A DNA stretch of 64,000 nt from Octopus vulgaris (Eukaryota): positions 139,934,001 to 139,998,000 of the forward strand of contig OX597816.1 of the NCBI GenBank assembly GCA_951406725.2, read 5' to 3'. A program made the translations under genes and the position numbers. The notes beneath the pieces were generated by a model. It was not told the origin of the DNA, ran no database searches, and saw nothing but the letters and a program-made list of their open reading frames with translations. Positions 40,662 through 54,677 of this stretch are shown piece after piece (the first letter of the stretch is position 1; every line of letters begins with the position of its first letter).

Positions 40662-41269
40662 ATATATATATACGTATATACATATATATATATATTTGTA
40701 ATATGTGTGTGCCAGTGTATGACTCTAAGTATGAACACTTACATGTACACACATTCACATGCACAGTTATTAGTTGCAAAATAAATTTTAACACTGCACC
40801 CTCGTCACACTCGTGATGCTTTTGGGTGCAGATGTACGAACTGACTCGTGTGTTTCACACAGTTTACTTTAATAATGAAATCAAATTTTATTTGCTGACA
40901 GCAGATGACATATAACTCGACAGGGTCATATTTGAATGTCCATCTCTACCCTATGTGACATGTTTAAAACAAAAACGAAAGACAATTCAGCGTTCATTTA
41001 ACACTTTGATATCAATAAATATTTTACGCGTTGGCAGATTTTATAATTGTCTTCTAAATTCCTCCTAAATCTGCATACTTGATTCTATTTCTGTCTCTGT
41101 CTTTCTGTCTTTCTCTGTAAGTGTATTTATAAATATTTCGTCTTTGTATTTACTTTGCAAGATTCTTGATATGAACTCGTGTGTTGAAACAAATTTTGTT
41201 TTTATCTTGGATGGAGTTGGGGTGGGGGTCATTACGCCAATAATAAACATACGCACTAGTTTTGTGGCA

Positions 41270-43745
41270 AACCCACAAAACTATAGACCGATAACTTGTC
41301 TCCCTACAATTTACAAAGCCTTTACTGCAATAATATCGCAAAGAATGAGCAAACATCTGGAAGAAAACAACCTGTTTCCAGAAGAGCAGAACGGATGCTG
41401 CAAGGGCTGATACGGCTGTAAAGATCAGCTACTGATCAATAAAGCCATAACTGAAGACAGCAGCAGAAAGAATAAGGGTCTAAGTAAGGCCTGGATTATT
41501 AACGAAATGCTTTTGATAGTATTCCCCACACATAGATCCTAGAAACACTAACCATGAACAAGGTAGCACCAATAATCATAAAATATATAAAACATTCCAT
41601 GAATAAATGGCAGACAGTACTACAGCTCCGGACAAAAGAGGGACTCATAAAAACTAATGTCATCTCCATTAGAAGAGGAATATTCCAGGGAGACATGCTC
41701 TCTCCACTTCTTTTCTGCTTGGCACTGACACCTCTATCTGACATGCTAAATAGAACTGGATGTGGATACAACTGTTACGGCAAAACAATCAGCCACCTCT
41801 TATATATGGACGATCTAAAACTGTACATTACAAATGATAAACAACTGGAAACATTACTACAGATAGTACGTGGATTTACCAAAGAAATAAGCATGAAATT
41901 TGGCTTAGAAAAACGTGCCAAAGCAGCCTCGAAAAGAGGAAAACTAGTTATGAGTAGCAACATCACACTAGATAAAGCAAATGAAATAAGAGAAATAGAC
42001 CAAAGCCAGACATACAAATACTTAGGAATTAATGAACTAGATACGATACAATACACAGAAATGAAAGAAGATAAGAAAAGAATACTATAGACGAATTAGA
42101 TTAATACTGAAAATAGAGCTCAATGCGAAAAACAAGACGATAGGTATCAACATTCTAGCCGTCCTAGTTATAAGTTACAGCTACAATATTCTTAACTGGA
42201 CTCTAAATGAACAAATCAAAATAGACAGGAAAAAAATAGCGACAGGATTTAAAATCACCACTCAAAATCTGACATAGAAAGGTTATGTATATATCGTATC
42301 GAAGGTGGTAGAGACCGTATACAGCTAGAAAACTATTACAAAATAACCACCAGAAATACCTACTTCAGAAGCAAGAAAAACTAATACATATATTCACAAA
42401 ACATAAAGCACAAAAATGTTTTCAGTCTTTAAGGAAGCTGACAAATACAAAACAGAAGTCATAGTACCTAACAAAAATGAAGAAAAAGAAGAAAAAAAAT
42501 AAAAGCTGAGTAACAACTGAAATCCAAACTAAAACTGAGACAGCAACAGATCATGATAAAGCGATGGCAAGAAAAGTCCCTTCGTGGCAAATACTGGGTT
42601 AAACTAAACAGAATAGAAATAGACAAAGCAAAATCCCAACAATGGCTGAAAAGCTCAGGAATCAACGCAGAGACTGAAGGATTTTTAATTGCAGCACAAG
42701 ATCAAAGCCTTCCTACCAGAAATTATCAAAAACATGCAATGAAAAGACATACAACAAGTAACTGCAGAGTATGTGGAGATGGAGTAGAAACAATAAGTTA
42801 TATTGTTTCTGGCTGCCCAGTACTGCTTAAGAAGGAATATATTTACAGACACGGAAGAGTTGGGACCTATATACACTGGAAACTATGCCAACACCATGGA
42901 ATAACAACAGAAAAATATGGTATAGGCACATGCCAGAAAAGGTCACTGAACATGAGAACGCAACCATACACTAGGCTATACCAACACACACATAAATTAA
43001 AGCAATAGGCCGGATATAATTGTCAGAGGTAACCAAGAAACGAATGTTTCTAATCGATGTATCAATACCAACAGATGACAATGTTTCTCAAAAAGAAACG
43101 GAGAAACTTCAAAATACAAAGATCTGGAAATAAAGGTAACTCGAATGTGGAGTCTAAAAACAGAAACAATTCCTATTATAGTAGGCGCATTAAGTATGAT
43201 AAAAAATATTCAAACAAAAACTTAACAAAACACCGGGACTAACAAGTATATATAACATACAGAAAATAGCACTACTAGGCATCGCACACATCCATCGAAA
43301 ATGATAATGCAAAGATCCTATGGGATTTTATGATTCAGTTCGACCATGAGATAGAGAATATGGAACTAGACATAGTATTGAGAAAGAAACATAACGATGC
43401 TGGGATATAGCATACCCAACTGACAACAAGGTATGCGATAAGGAAGAAAGAAAAGTCGATAGATATGACAGGTTAGCTTGGGAGTTTAAGCAGTTGTGGT
43501 CGATGAAAAAGGTGGTAGTAGTACTAATAATTGTCAGAGCCCTGGGAACAGTGAGTAAAAATCTTGAGAAGTACACGGAACGAATAGAGGCTGCAAGAAG
43601 AGTGGGGCACTTGCAGAAAACAGCACCGTTTGGAATGCTCGAATACTCTGGATGGTGCTTGAAAAATAAGGGGTGTTACCTCTGTTCACTGGTAGTGAAC
43701 AGCTGGTAGCACTTCTCCAGTGTTAGAAGCTGTGCAAAGACAATA
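41270..43745 (+). mobile_element. Decayed R4/Dong-like LINE (RT, CCHC finger, RLE) plus a second RLE 3' fragment, ending in (TAA)n
   Basis: NYRPITCLPTIYK, RGIFQGDMLSPLLF, HLLYMDDLKLY, YKYLGI, AAQDQ, CRVCG, HWKLC. Confidence 0.92.
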
Positions 43746-43804
43746 AATTATTATTATTATCATTATTATTAATAATAAGAATAAATAACAACAACAACAA
43801 CAAC

Positions 43805-43852
<48 letters not shown>

Positions 43853-44656
43853 TCCTTCTACCATAGATAACTGTCCTGAGTGTTCAACTGGTACTTATAT
43901 TTTCGATCCTGAAAGGGATAACAGACCTCGGCGAAATTTTAACTCAGGACATTGAGTTGGAAGAAATGACGCTAAGGATTTTATCCGGAATACAGCTTGC
44001 CGCCTTTTTTTTTTCGTTGTTTGTAATTAACGAAGTACCGAACACTGTTATTTTAATTCTTCATGAAAATGAACCTTTCCAGAATAAATTTATTCGTATC
44101 AATTTCCTGCACTCAAACAAAATTGGCATTATTTTCATATGCTATTAACCGATATAGTTTACATAAATTGGATGCTAAACGATTTAATATTTTGAAAAGT
44201 TATGCCGAATTATGCAATTATGCAACATGCAATTAGACGGATTGACTGGGTCTCTCTTTCTCTCTCGTTCTTTATATCTCTGTATGCACATGCACCTAGC
44301 CCCATTAAACACACATATATATTATTTTGTCAGATAAATTCATTTGTTTTTCCCCATATATTTTAATCTTTTTCAATGCTATTTGAATTATCAAGAAGAA
44401 TATTTTTATAGTAGTTTTATGGCTATTTATTTTTATTTGGATTTTTCTGTATCTCTGTACTTCTTCAACGTTTGTTTATCATTTTTGGAACTTTAATAAA
44501 TTTTATTTCTTTTCAGACGTATGACGACTGATTGCCAAGTTGAAAAAATTAAAAAAACAATGAGAAAGAACGAACGAATTTAATTGACAACCCAAAATAT
44601 AGATACATATCTAAATATGTATGTATATGTATAGCTACATATACATTTATATATTC

Positions 44657-44710
<54 letters not shown>

Positions 44711-44728
44711 GTATATATATATACATAC

Positions 44729-44760
<32 letters not shown>

Positions 44761-44784
44761 GTATATGTATATATATATACATAC

Positions 44785-44846
<62 letters not shown>

Positions 44847-44848
44847 GC

Positions 44849-44879
<31 letters not shown>

Positions 44880-44924
44880 CATATATACATATATATATAC
44901 ATATATACATATATACATATATAT

Positions 44925-44969
<45 letters not shown>

Positions 44970-45411
44970 CATACACACATATATTTATACATATATATAT
45001 TAAATACCAACACACTGACATATATGTATGTCTATGAACGTGTATGTTTATCTAAATAAATATATACCAGACGTTTACTTGATAAATATACATACATGCA
45101 TACATACATACATACATACATACATACATACATACATACATACATACATACATACATACATACATACATACATACATACATTCATACATACGTATGTATG
45201 CATTATGTATATGGATATATTTTTGTATTCATACGTAAACCGAGGAAATAAAAAGAAACACGGAAAAAGAGCGCGTACGTGAGTGTGAATGTGTGTGGGT
45301 GTATGTGTGCGTGTGCCCCCGCGTGTGGTGCGTGTGTGTGTTCTTTTTTCTTAGTTGGCGCACAAGCACTCAATTCGTTATTGACCTAAACCAAGTAATT
45401 GAACATCTTAC

Positions 45412-45975
45412 GCTGTTTTGGAAACCACCAAAGAATGCTTCCTGTTCACTCTCACCACCACCACCACCACCACCACCAGCAACAACAATAACTACAACAA
45501 AAATAACTACATCAACCACTGCTACTACAACATATGCGGCCACACCGTTATCTATCAAATAGCCACTGCACGACATTTCCCAGTCTCGATAAGGAAAATA
45601 ATAGCAATCAGCAACATCAACAACAACAACAGCACTAACAGTGATGACAACAATAGAAAATGATACCCCTACCCCAATAATATAAAAAAATTTTTTTAAA
45701 CTTTCCAAACTATGTCTCCTTAAAAATTCCGTTTCAATATTCTTTATTATCATTGTTACTGTTATCAATCATCTCGTGCCTGATGTGTACGCTTCTATTA
45801 AGACTACGAAGTCTTGTGAAGAAGAACAGCCACCTGACCATTTACAATAGATTTCCCTCTAATTTCTGCATACCACCAGAAACTACTTTATTCGTTCCCA
45901 TCATGAAACGCCGGCATAGATCTGCTAATGACGTCATTGAGTCTTGCATGTGTCAACATGGCGCCATTTTTAACC
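45412..45975 (-). promoter_or_regulatory. Candidate promoter / first exon
   Basis: Perfect CRE palindrome AATGACGTCATT (45927-45938), double YY1-like AACATGGCGCCATTTT (45955-45970), possible donors at 45455 (gtgaga) and 45411 (gtaaga). Confidence 0.45.
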
Positions 45976-46372
45976 TTTTCTCTTCGACGATATTTTGCTA
46001 CTTTTTCGGTAGTGGGGGATTCTTTTCTTCCTTTGCAAATTTTTTCATTTTATTTTTTTTTTATTTTCATTCTTTCATATCTTTTTCATCTTATGTATTC
46101 TAAGCTTTGATTTGTGTTTAAACTTTTTTTTATACTTTATTCATTTATTTTATTTATTTACTTTATTTATTTATTGTCATTTCTTTCGTTTCCAGATTCA
46201 TTTGAGCTATTTAATATACACGCATGCAAGTAGCATGTATATATATATATATGTGTGTGTGTGTATGTGTGTGTGTGTGTATGTGTGCGTGTGTGTGTGT
46301 GTTCACACATTCTTGCAATCAGCGCAAGCAACCACTTGCACGCATACATCCATACATACATACACACACACA

Positions 46373-46418
<46 letters not shown>

Positions 46419-46863
46419 GATAGATAGATAGATAGATTATATGCATGCATATTTGTATATACAGTTCTGTATATGTGTGTGCGTATGTAATTGCTTAATT
46501 GAATATACTTCAACAAGAGGCTACGCATTCGACCGGAAATACTAATGCATCATCATCATCAACATTATCATCTTCACCTTTATACATACATTAAAAAAAC
46601 ACCCACACAATCATATACATCTACATGCTTAAATACATATACATGCAGCTGAACACACGATACAATTCACATGTATTACTGCCTTTATTTCATGTTGTGC
46701 ATTATTGTATAACGTCCAGTCTATGCTCTTCTTTTCCTGGTTTTTTTTTTGTTTTTTTTTTACCTCCAAACCGCCTTGATGAAATGTTCAAACTTTGCAA
46801 TGAACTTTGCGTGCGTCTTGCCAAGAGCAGAACAAAAGAACCGAATTACAATGATATCGAAAT

Positions 46864-46900
<37 letters not shown>

Positions 46901-47091
46901 ACAGCTACAGAAGATAAAACTAGCTAATTCCTGACGCTTCCAACGGATTTTATAGATCAATACTGGAAACCTTAGTCTCGTTCGTTTTCCACCAAATCGC
47001 CAAAACAAGTGGTTTGTTTGACTATTAAGCCGTATTGTGGTTTATATTTTATCGAATTTGTATATTTTAAATTCATTTTATACATACAAAT

Positions 47092-47142
<51 letters not shown>

Positions 47143-47812
47143 TTGATTTTTTGATTTTGATTTTTCCAGTTTCAGCTTATGAGCTGTGGCCATGCTGGGG
47201 TACCGCCATACATACATGCATACATACATATGTATATGTATTAATATGTGTGTACATGCGTATGTATGTGTGTGTATGTATGTATATGTATGTATATTCA
47301 TTGATTCTTTGAAATACCTGTGTTATTTGTAGCAATTGAACGGATCCCCTTCCCTTTCCTCACCCAACTTTCTTCCAGCGACTATCATTCTATATATTTA
47401 TTTCTTTAACTCTCATTTCGTTTTCACCATCTCTGTAGCTTTAGTTTCTGTTTAACCTATTAGCATGTCTTTCTAGTTTCTAACTCTTTATTTAACCTTC
47501 TCTCGTTTTAAATCTCCTGTAAAGTTTTCAATGGAAAGAAAGCATGCGTAAATATTCGCAAAATCAAGAATGTATATATTTATCAGCGCATGTTATACTA
47601 AATGGTTCCGGGTTCTGTCCCACTAGAATGTCTTCAACTATAGCCTCATGCCGACCAAACCCTTGTGAGTGGATTTGGTAGATGGAAAGTGAAAGAAGCC
47701 CGCCGTATATATGTGTGGGGGTGGGAGCTGAGCACGTGTTTGTGTATGCGTGCAACAAATTTTATTACAGAACACTAACAGACAGACAAATAGATAGACA
47801 GACAGATAGATA

Positions 47813-48005
47813 AGTTTCTTTATTGGCCACACAGGGCTGCACACAGATGGGACAAGTTACAAGGTAGAGCTTTTCTTTTGGGGGATGAAGAGAACAAAAA
47901 ACAAAAGAAAAAAAAAAGGTGTGGCGTAGGTTTTCGATCAAGAGGGATCGTAAAAGGGAAGAAAAGAACAAAAACAAAAACAAAAACAAAAAAAAATTAA
48001 AAAAA
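47813..48005 (-). mobile_element. 3'UTR-only fragment of the (GATA)n-associated Tx1 family
   Basis: Near-identical to 54510-54677; flanked on both sides by (GATA)n/(GACA)n. Confidence 0.88.
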
Positions 48006-48025
48006 GATGGATAGATAGATAGAGA

Positions 48026-48098
<73 letters not shown>

Positions 48099-48099
48099 T

Positions 48100-48188
<89 letters not shown>

Positions 48189-48732
48189 CATGGCTGACTT
48201 GTAATTTTGGGATGCCGATCGCAAATTTGGAGGAAATAATAGGAAATTCTACAATCGAGAAATGTAGAATAAGTATAAACGATATTTTTGAGATGAAAGT
48301 CTTCTTTAAGTATTCCTTTAAAGGATATCCTTTAGATATGTGGTTACATCAGTTGATCCAAGAATTTATCTTGTGTAATTGACTCCAACTGTATCTATCC
48401 AACTGATGTAAAGCTGTTTGATCACATCGCGTAATTCCTAATTCAAATGCTACGTTTAGTAATGGCATTAGTGTGAGCATCAATTAATGTGTCCATAGAT
48501 TTCATATTGTCTCTAACAATACTTGCATTTTCATATATATTCATCGTTTGATATCAAGCATAATTCACAGACAGAGGCTTGTTTCCTTCTCGCTCTCTTT
48601 CTTCTATTTATTCTTTCGTTTTTTTTTCTTTTTTTGTATCCATATCTGAGTGATCGTTTGCTAGATAGTTACATAGATGCACAGATATGAATATAAATAG
48701 ACAGACTGTCTGAGCGAGAGACAGACAGACAG

Positions 48733-48791
<59 letters not shown>

Positions 48792-49356
48792 TACAGAGAG
48801 ACAAACAGAGATGGAGAGAAAGAGAGAGATTTCGCTGCTATTTCTAGCAAAAAGAGTTTGAAACATCTAAAATGCAAAATTGTAAAATACCATCGAACTT
48901 CACATTGAAGAATGTAATGGGAGTAATGATTCCTCTTTCTCTTCCTGCTCTGTCCATCTCTCCCTCTTCTCACTCACACATATCGATAGACCCTAACTAC
49001 CTCTCTTTCTCCCCATCTTTTTTTATATGACAGTATTTGGTTTTTCTCGCGTCCTCTCTTTTTCACTCCTTTTCGTTTCCGTTTGTGAATCTCATTCCTT
49101 GCGATCCATATGCACGACAATCTTATATTAGAAAACGACGGACAATCTTTGAAAATGACGGGCGTAGATTTCCGAATTATGCAGCCGTCGTTTCTAAAAA
49201 GTATTTTATTAACAAATAATGCTAGCAATTCTAATAACAACCGAGGAAAGAAAAAACGTGCTTAATTAAATTATCGACCGAAAGTATTTTTTCCCCAGAG
49301 ACTTCTCCAATGCTGCGAATAGGTGGAAATGACAGCCGACTTCTGCATGCGTATAA

Positions 49357-49842
49357 TCGACCCCGAAAGGATGAAAGGCAAAGTTGACCTCGGCGGAATT
49401 TGAACTCAAAACGTAGCGGCAGACGAAATAGTTATTTCTTTACTACCCACAAGGGGCTAAACACAGAGAGGACAAACAAAGACAGAAAAACAGATTAAGT
49501 CGATTATATCGATCCCAGTGCGTAACTGGTACTTAATTTATCGACCCCGAAAGGAGGAAAGGCAAAGTCGACCTCGGCGGAATTTGAACTCAGAACGTAG
49601 CGGCAGACGAAATACTCATTTCTTTACTACCCACAAGGGGCTAAAGACAGAGTGGACGAACAAGGACAGGCAAACGGATTAAGTCGATTACATCGACCCC
49701 AGTGCGTAACTGGTACTTAATTTATCGACCCCAAAAGGATGAAAGGTAAAGTCGACCTCGGCGGAATTTGAACTCAGAACGTAACGGCAGACGAAATACC
49801 GCTAAGCATTTCGCCCGGCGTGCTAACGTTTCTGCCAGCTCG
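49357..49842 (-). mobile_element. Head-to-tail trimer of the Tx1-tailed Meta-type SINE
   Basis: ~180-bp period; junctions at ~49430 and ~49615 at the same position as in the 35.8-kb dimer. Confidence 0.85.
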
Positions 49843-50121
49843 GAACACATTCTGCCTTAAACACAAGAGTAATGACCTATATATTTAGACAGGCCTTCTA
49901 GAACGTTGCATGCAGTTAAGATGATGCTTATAGCGATGGAAAAATATATGCCGTTTTGTCAATGTTAAATATAGGAAATTTGAAAGAGAAGTTACAGGAG
50001 AATGAAACTATTATACATGACCTTGCACGTGAAAATATCAGGTTCTCTTGAATATCTTCAGCTGTATGATATATAGGACTGCCATTTATGCGATCCCAAT
50101 TAATATTGTTGGCTGTAGGAA

Positions 50122-50352
50122 GGCAGCGAGCTGGCAGAAACGTTAGCACGCCGGGCGAAATGCGTAGCCGTATTTCGTCTGCCGTTACTTTCTGAGTTCA
50201 AATTCCGCCGAGGTCGACTTTGCCTTTCATCCTTTCGGGGTCGATAAATAAAGTACCAGTTTCCAACTGGGGTCGATGTAATTGACTTAATCCCTTTGTC
50301 TGTCCTTGTTTGTCCCCTCTATGTTTAACTCCTTGTGGGCAGTAAAGAAATA
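50122..50352 (+). mobile_element. Tx1-tailed Meta-type SINE monomer
   Basis: Head GAGCTGGCAGAAACGTTAGCAC, B-box GAGTTCAAATTCC, core, tail TTTGTCTGTCCTTGTTTGTCCCCTCT..AAAGAAATA. Confidence 0.9.
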
Positions 50353-50770
50353 CATTACCTTCTAAGTTCAAATTGCGTTTGCTTTTGATTCTTTCGAAGC
50401 TGGTAAAATAAGTAGCAGTTGAACACTGGGATCAATGTAATCGACTTACCCCTTACCCCAAACTGCTGGCCTTGTGCCAAAATTTGAAATCAATATTCTT
50501 GGCTACCGGGCTAAGAATGAACATGGGAAGAATAACGAAATAATGTTCTGCAAACCGATAGATGAAGATTCCGGTGTGAAAGTTTAAGAAACATCCCTTC
50601 AGATAGTAAATGATTATACCTACGTTGGCCAGCTTGTAACAGCACACTGAAGTAAATAATAAATAACGGAAAGTCGAGTTGCCTAGAACAAGCAGGGATT
50701 CGAAAGGGAAAGTGTAGTGTGACGGATGAAGAGGACAACAGAAAGGAGAAGGAAATACAACAGGTCTTAC

Positions 50771-50940
50771 CTCGGAGAAGATCAGATCTCTCTTACTAAA
50801 TTCAGTGCGTCCAGTCGCTTCGTCGTCTCAGCTCGAACTGCCGGCCTCTTTGATCCCACACGTGCGTGCTGCTTGACCGCTTCCGCTTCCTGCCGCACAT
50901 GCGCCCTGCAAGCCCTACTTCCGCCCTCCCTTATCTGTCG
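50771..50940 (-). promoter_or_regulatory. Housekeeping-type promoter and short first exon
   Basis: GC/CpG-rich island with ETS motifs (GCGGAAGT, CAGGAAGCGGAAGC), NRF1-like GCGCATGTGC, E-box CACGTG and donor GAG|GTAAGA at 50771/50770. Confidence 0.6.
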
Positions 50941-51221
50941 TCCTCTCCACCGACACCACAGAAAGTTCCATTCTTGAAAGCAAAATACCCATACACCTTA
51001 AAAGGCCTGTTCACAAACGATACATCATACCAACACTTTCCTATGGTGTGACACAATAGACTCAGACAAAAGACTTAACAAGCAAGTCAATAACACCTCA
51101 GTATGTATATGCCACAAACGTGTTATATTTAGAATAATGTAGAAATACCATAAAGCAATGAAATGAATTTACAGAAAGAAACATAATTGAACAGCCTTCT
51201 CAAGTTCACAAAATTGTTTAA

Positions 51222-51815
51222 CCCTTTTGATATCAACCCGCTTGCTTGGTTCTATGATACAAACTTTCTGTTTTAAGATGGTCTAATTGAAAACTGTGGA
51301 GGCGCAATGGCCCAGTGGTTAGGGCAGCGGACTCGCGGTCATAGGATCGCGGTTTCGATTCCCAGACCGGGCGTTGTGAGTGTTTATTGAGCGAAAACAC
51401 CTAAAGCTCCACGAGGCTCCGGCAGGGGATGGTGGTGATCCCTGCTGTACTCTTTCTCTCACTCTTACTTCCTGTTTCTGTTGTACCTGTATTTCAAAGG
51501 GCCGGCCTTGTCACTCTGTGTCACACTGAATATCCCCGAGAACTACGTTAAGGGTACACGTGTCTGTGGAGTGCTCAGCCACTTACACGTTAATTTCACG
51601 AGCAGGCTGTTCCGTTGATTCGGATCAACCGGAACCCTCATCGTTATAACCGACGGAGTGCTTCCCCAAAAATTGAAAACTATCAAAACTACGTCAATTT
51701 ATCTTCAAGTAACCAGCTTAATATAGACAAAGTTATTTTACCCAATTATCTATAATTTTCAAAATTAATTGAAACAAAGGCAATATTTTTCAAGAGAAAT
51801 ATCGAAACGAAAGGG
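51222..51815. mobile_element. piggyBac-like MITE interrupted by a SINE
   Basis: TTAA|CCCTTT...AAAGGG|TTAA termini. Confidence 0.7.
51297..51666 (+). mobile_element. Young full-length tRNA-derived SINE (third family)
   Basis: A-box TGGCCCAGTGG, B-box GTTTCGATTCC, TSD AATTGAAAACT on both sides. Confidence 0.9.
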
Positions 51816-52221
51816 TTAAAAAGTTGCCTGAACTGCTACTATTCGTAGTCAGATGTTCATTGTGTGAACATCTTTCTAATTTCTAATAAAAGTACCGGTG
51901 GTTAATGTAATTTGGATTACACTATGTCATAGCTAGAACCTCTTTAAAGCGTAGGTCTGCTCGATTAGAGTTACCCGGGACAAAATAACAGCAACAATAC
52001 AAATTCTGACCTGTTCCTTATATATTGTGTTCCAGATGATTCAGCCGACCGTACTGTTACGATTCAACAATTATTTTCTTTCCTTACACAGGGCATGAAC
52101 CCTAAAATATTCACCAATCCTACTAAAATCCATTTTAATCCTTTAATTCTACTACTCAAACAAATAAATTGCCCTCATAGTTTTGTTTTCAGTATGTATT
52201 GTTTTTTTGTCTCCTACCTTC

Positions 52222-52552
52222 ACTACTACTACAGCTACTATTACTACTACAACTACTACTACTACTACTACTACTTCCCCTTCTTCTTCTTCTACTTCTT
52301 CATCCTTTTCTTCTACTTCTTCTTCCTCCTCCTCTTCTACTTCTTCTTCTTCCTCCTCCTCTTCTTCTTCTTCTACTTCTTCATCCTTTTCTTCCTCTTC
52401 TTCTTCTTCCTCTTCTTCTTCTTCCTCTTCTCCTTCCTCTTCCTCTTCTTCTTCTTCCTCTTCTCCTTCCTCTTCCTCTTCTTCTTCTTCCTCTTCTTCT
52501 TCTCCTTCCTCTTCCTCTTCCTCTCCTTCTTCTTCTTCTTCCCCTTCTTCTA
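52222..52552. repeat. (CTA)n + (TCT/TCC)n low-complexity tract
   Basis: Direct reading; generates spurious poly-S/E/L/F ORFs. Confidence 0.95.
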
Positions 52553-52648
52553 TCTTTCTCTCCCTCTCTCCGCCTTCGCCTCCCTCCCCTTTTTCATTAC
52601 TTATCTCTGTCTGTCGATATATGTATGCATCTACAGCTATGTCCATCC

Positions 52649-52682
<34 letters not shown>

Positions 52683-54677
52683 TTCAACACTTCAACGCCA
52701 AACACGAAGGATGTGCTGTCAGAGCTAGGATGCGTGCTCTAAGGAACGAAGGTGTTGGAGCCGCGAGAGAGGCCCGGGTGGCAGAGGCGCAACAGGGCAA
52801 CAAAGCCACCATTCGGTCCCTGAACAGGGGCGCGAATTGCTCGAGCCAAGTAAAATGTGTGAGGCCTTTCAGCAGCATTTTGCCCGACTGTTCGGGACGA
52901 GGGGAGGGCAAGAACGTAGGGTGGACTTCAGTGCCTACCTACATAGCCTACCACGACTCTCAACAAGAAAGGCAGGGTGCTGCGAAGGTGCCATCACGGC
53001 GGCGGAAGTGCAGGACGCGATGGCAGAATGCGATGGCAAACATGCGCCGTGCCGGGCCGGACCATCCATGACAACCTCCACCTGATGCGCTACATCATAG
53101 ACAGGGTAGTTAACGAACCTGGCATGGGTGGGGCGCTGATCAATTTGGATCAATCGAAAGCTTTCGATAGGGTAGACCATCGATACTTGGAGGCGGTCTT
53201 TAGAGCGGCTGGCTTCGGTCCCGTCTTCCGCGGCTGGATAGCCGCTTTGTACAGAGGCATCCGTTCGGTAATTCGCGTGAATGGACATCTATCGAGACCC
53301 TTCGACATCGCACGTTCGGTCCGTCAGGGATGTCCCCTCTCATCGCTTCTATACGTATTGACTCTCGAGCCATTATTGCGGAAACTGGCAACTTTGAGGG
53401 GCATCCCGCGAGAACTGGGATGCGGGACGAGCGTGTCTGCATACGCGGACGACGTCACCGTCATAGTGTCTAGCCACGAGCTCATCGAGCAGGTCGGCGG
53501 GACACTGAAAAACTACGAAGCGGTGACAGAAGCGAAAATCAACCGGGAAAAGTCAGTGGGCTTGCGACTAGGCACCTGGAGAAGCAAGCCCATGCCGTCC
53601 ACCAGCGCCTCCGTCGTGGGACGCTGGACCGACAGCCTGGTTGAGTTGCTCGGGGTCTGGTTTGGTCCGGACCTCCAAGTGGAGAAGAACTGGAACGAGA
53701 TAACGAGTAGGGTGGTCACTCTCGCCCGGCAATGGGCCGAGAGGAAACTGTCCCTAAAAGGTCGGGCGGAGGTGGCGAACACGTACATCGCGTCCGTCAT
53801 CTACTACCGCCTGACCGTCGTACCTTGTCCCGACCCTACCATCACCAAACTACAACGCATTCTCTTTCGCTTCTTGTGGAAAGGATGCGTCCCGATGGTC
53901 AGGCGATCCATTTGCTGTCAACACCCGTTAAAAGGAGGACTGGGCATGCCGTGGTTGATGATGCGCAGACACGCGCTGAGACTGCGACATCTCAGGCTCT
54001 TCGTAGACGACGGTGAACAGGTGAAAAGGATTGGAGACAAACACTTTCTTCTCTGGTCAATCTCTCATCAACTTCTTCAAGTACCACTTGAAAAGGAAAG
54101 TGAGAGTAGAGAGGCAAGTTTTGTCTAGCGAATGTTTTAAAAAGATGGGTGAATGTAGCAAGGATGGCACGTATGAATGACGAAGCCTCCTTGAGCATAA
54201 TCCTATGAACCCAGAAATTGAAAGCAGAGGGTTACCCACTTGCAAACAAATGTGGTAACATATAACAATATTGACCAAGGTTACCGTGGTCTTTTTCGTA
54301 GGCTTTTCTTCCCACGGATAAACCTTACTTGCTTTCCCTTTACACCATATATCATAACACTGTGATACACGATCCCTATTGATCGTTTTTTTCCCCCTCT
54401 TTCCCTTTTTTTCCCCTTTTTTCTTCTTTTTTCATTTCTCTTTTCTTTTGTTCCTTTTCCTTTTCTTTTTTTCTTTTTCTTTTTTTTATTTTATTTATTT
54501 TTTATTTATTTTTTTGTTCTTTTCTTCCCTTTTACGATCCCTCTTGATCGAAAACCCACGCTACCCCCCCCTTTTTTTGTTTCTTTTGTTTTTTGCTTTT
54601 TTTATCCCCCAAAAGAAAAGTTCTACCTTGTAACTTGTCCCATCTGTGTGCAGCCCTGTGTGACCAATAAAGAAACT
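52683..54677 (+). mobile_element. 5'-truncated, internally deleted Tx1-clade LINE (second family) within (TATC)n
   Basis: ORF 52977-54128 has LDQSKAFDRVDH, VRQGCPLS and AYADD; 3'UTR ends CCAATAAAGAAACT|TATCT. Confidence 0.92.

Noticed and set aside
48344-48411. 12-bp inverted repeat TTACATCAGTTG / CAACTGATGTAA
   Set aside because: The ~44-nt spacer pairs poorly, the resemblance to miR-12 excludes the seed, and there is no other support
49357-49842. CRISPR-like repeat array
   Set aside because: Units are ~180-bp SINE multimers with no unique spacers, no cas genes and a eukaryotic context
51297-51375. tRNA gene
   Set aside because: tRNA-derived SINE head continuous with a repeat body and flanked by a TSD
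52095-53071. Overlapping poly-E/S/L/F ORFs of 164-290 aa
   Set aside because: A trinucleotide low-complexity tract running into a Tx1 fragment; no real protein signal
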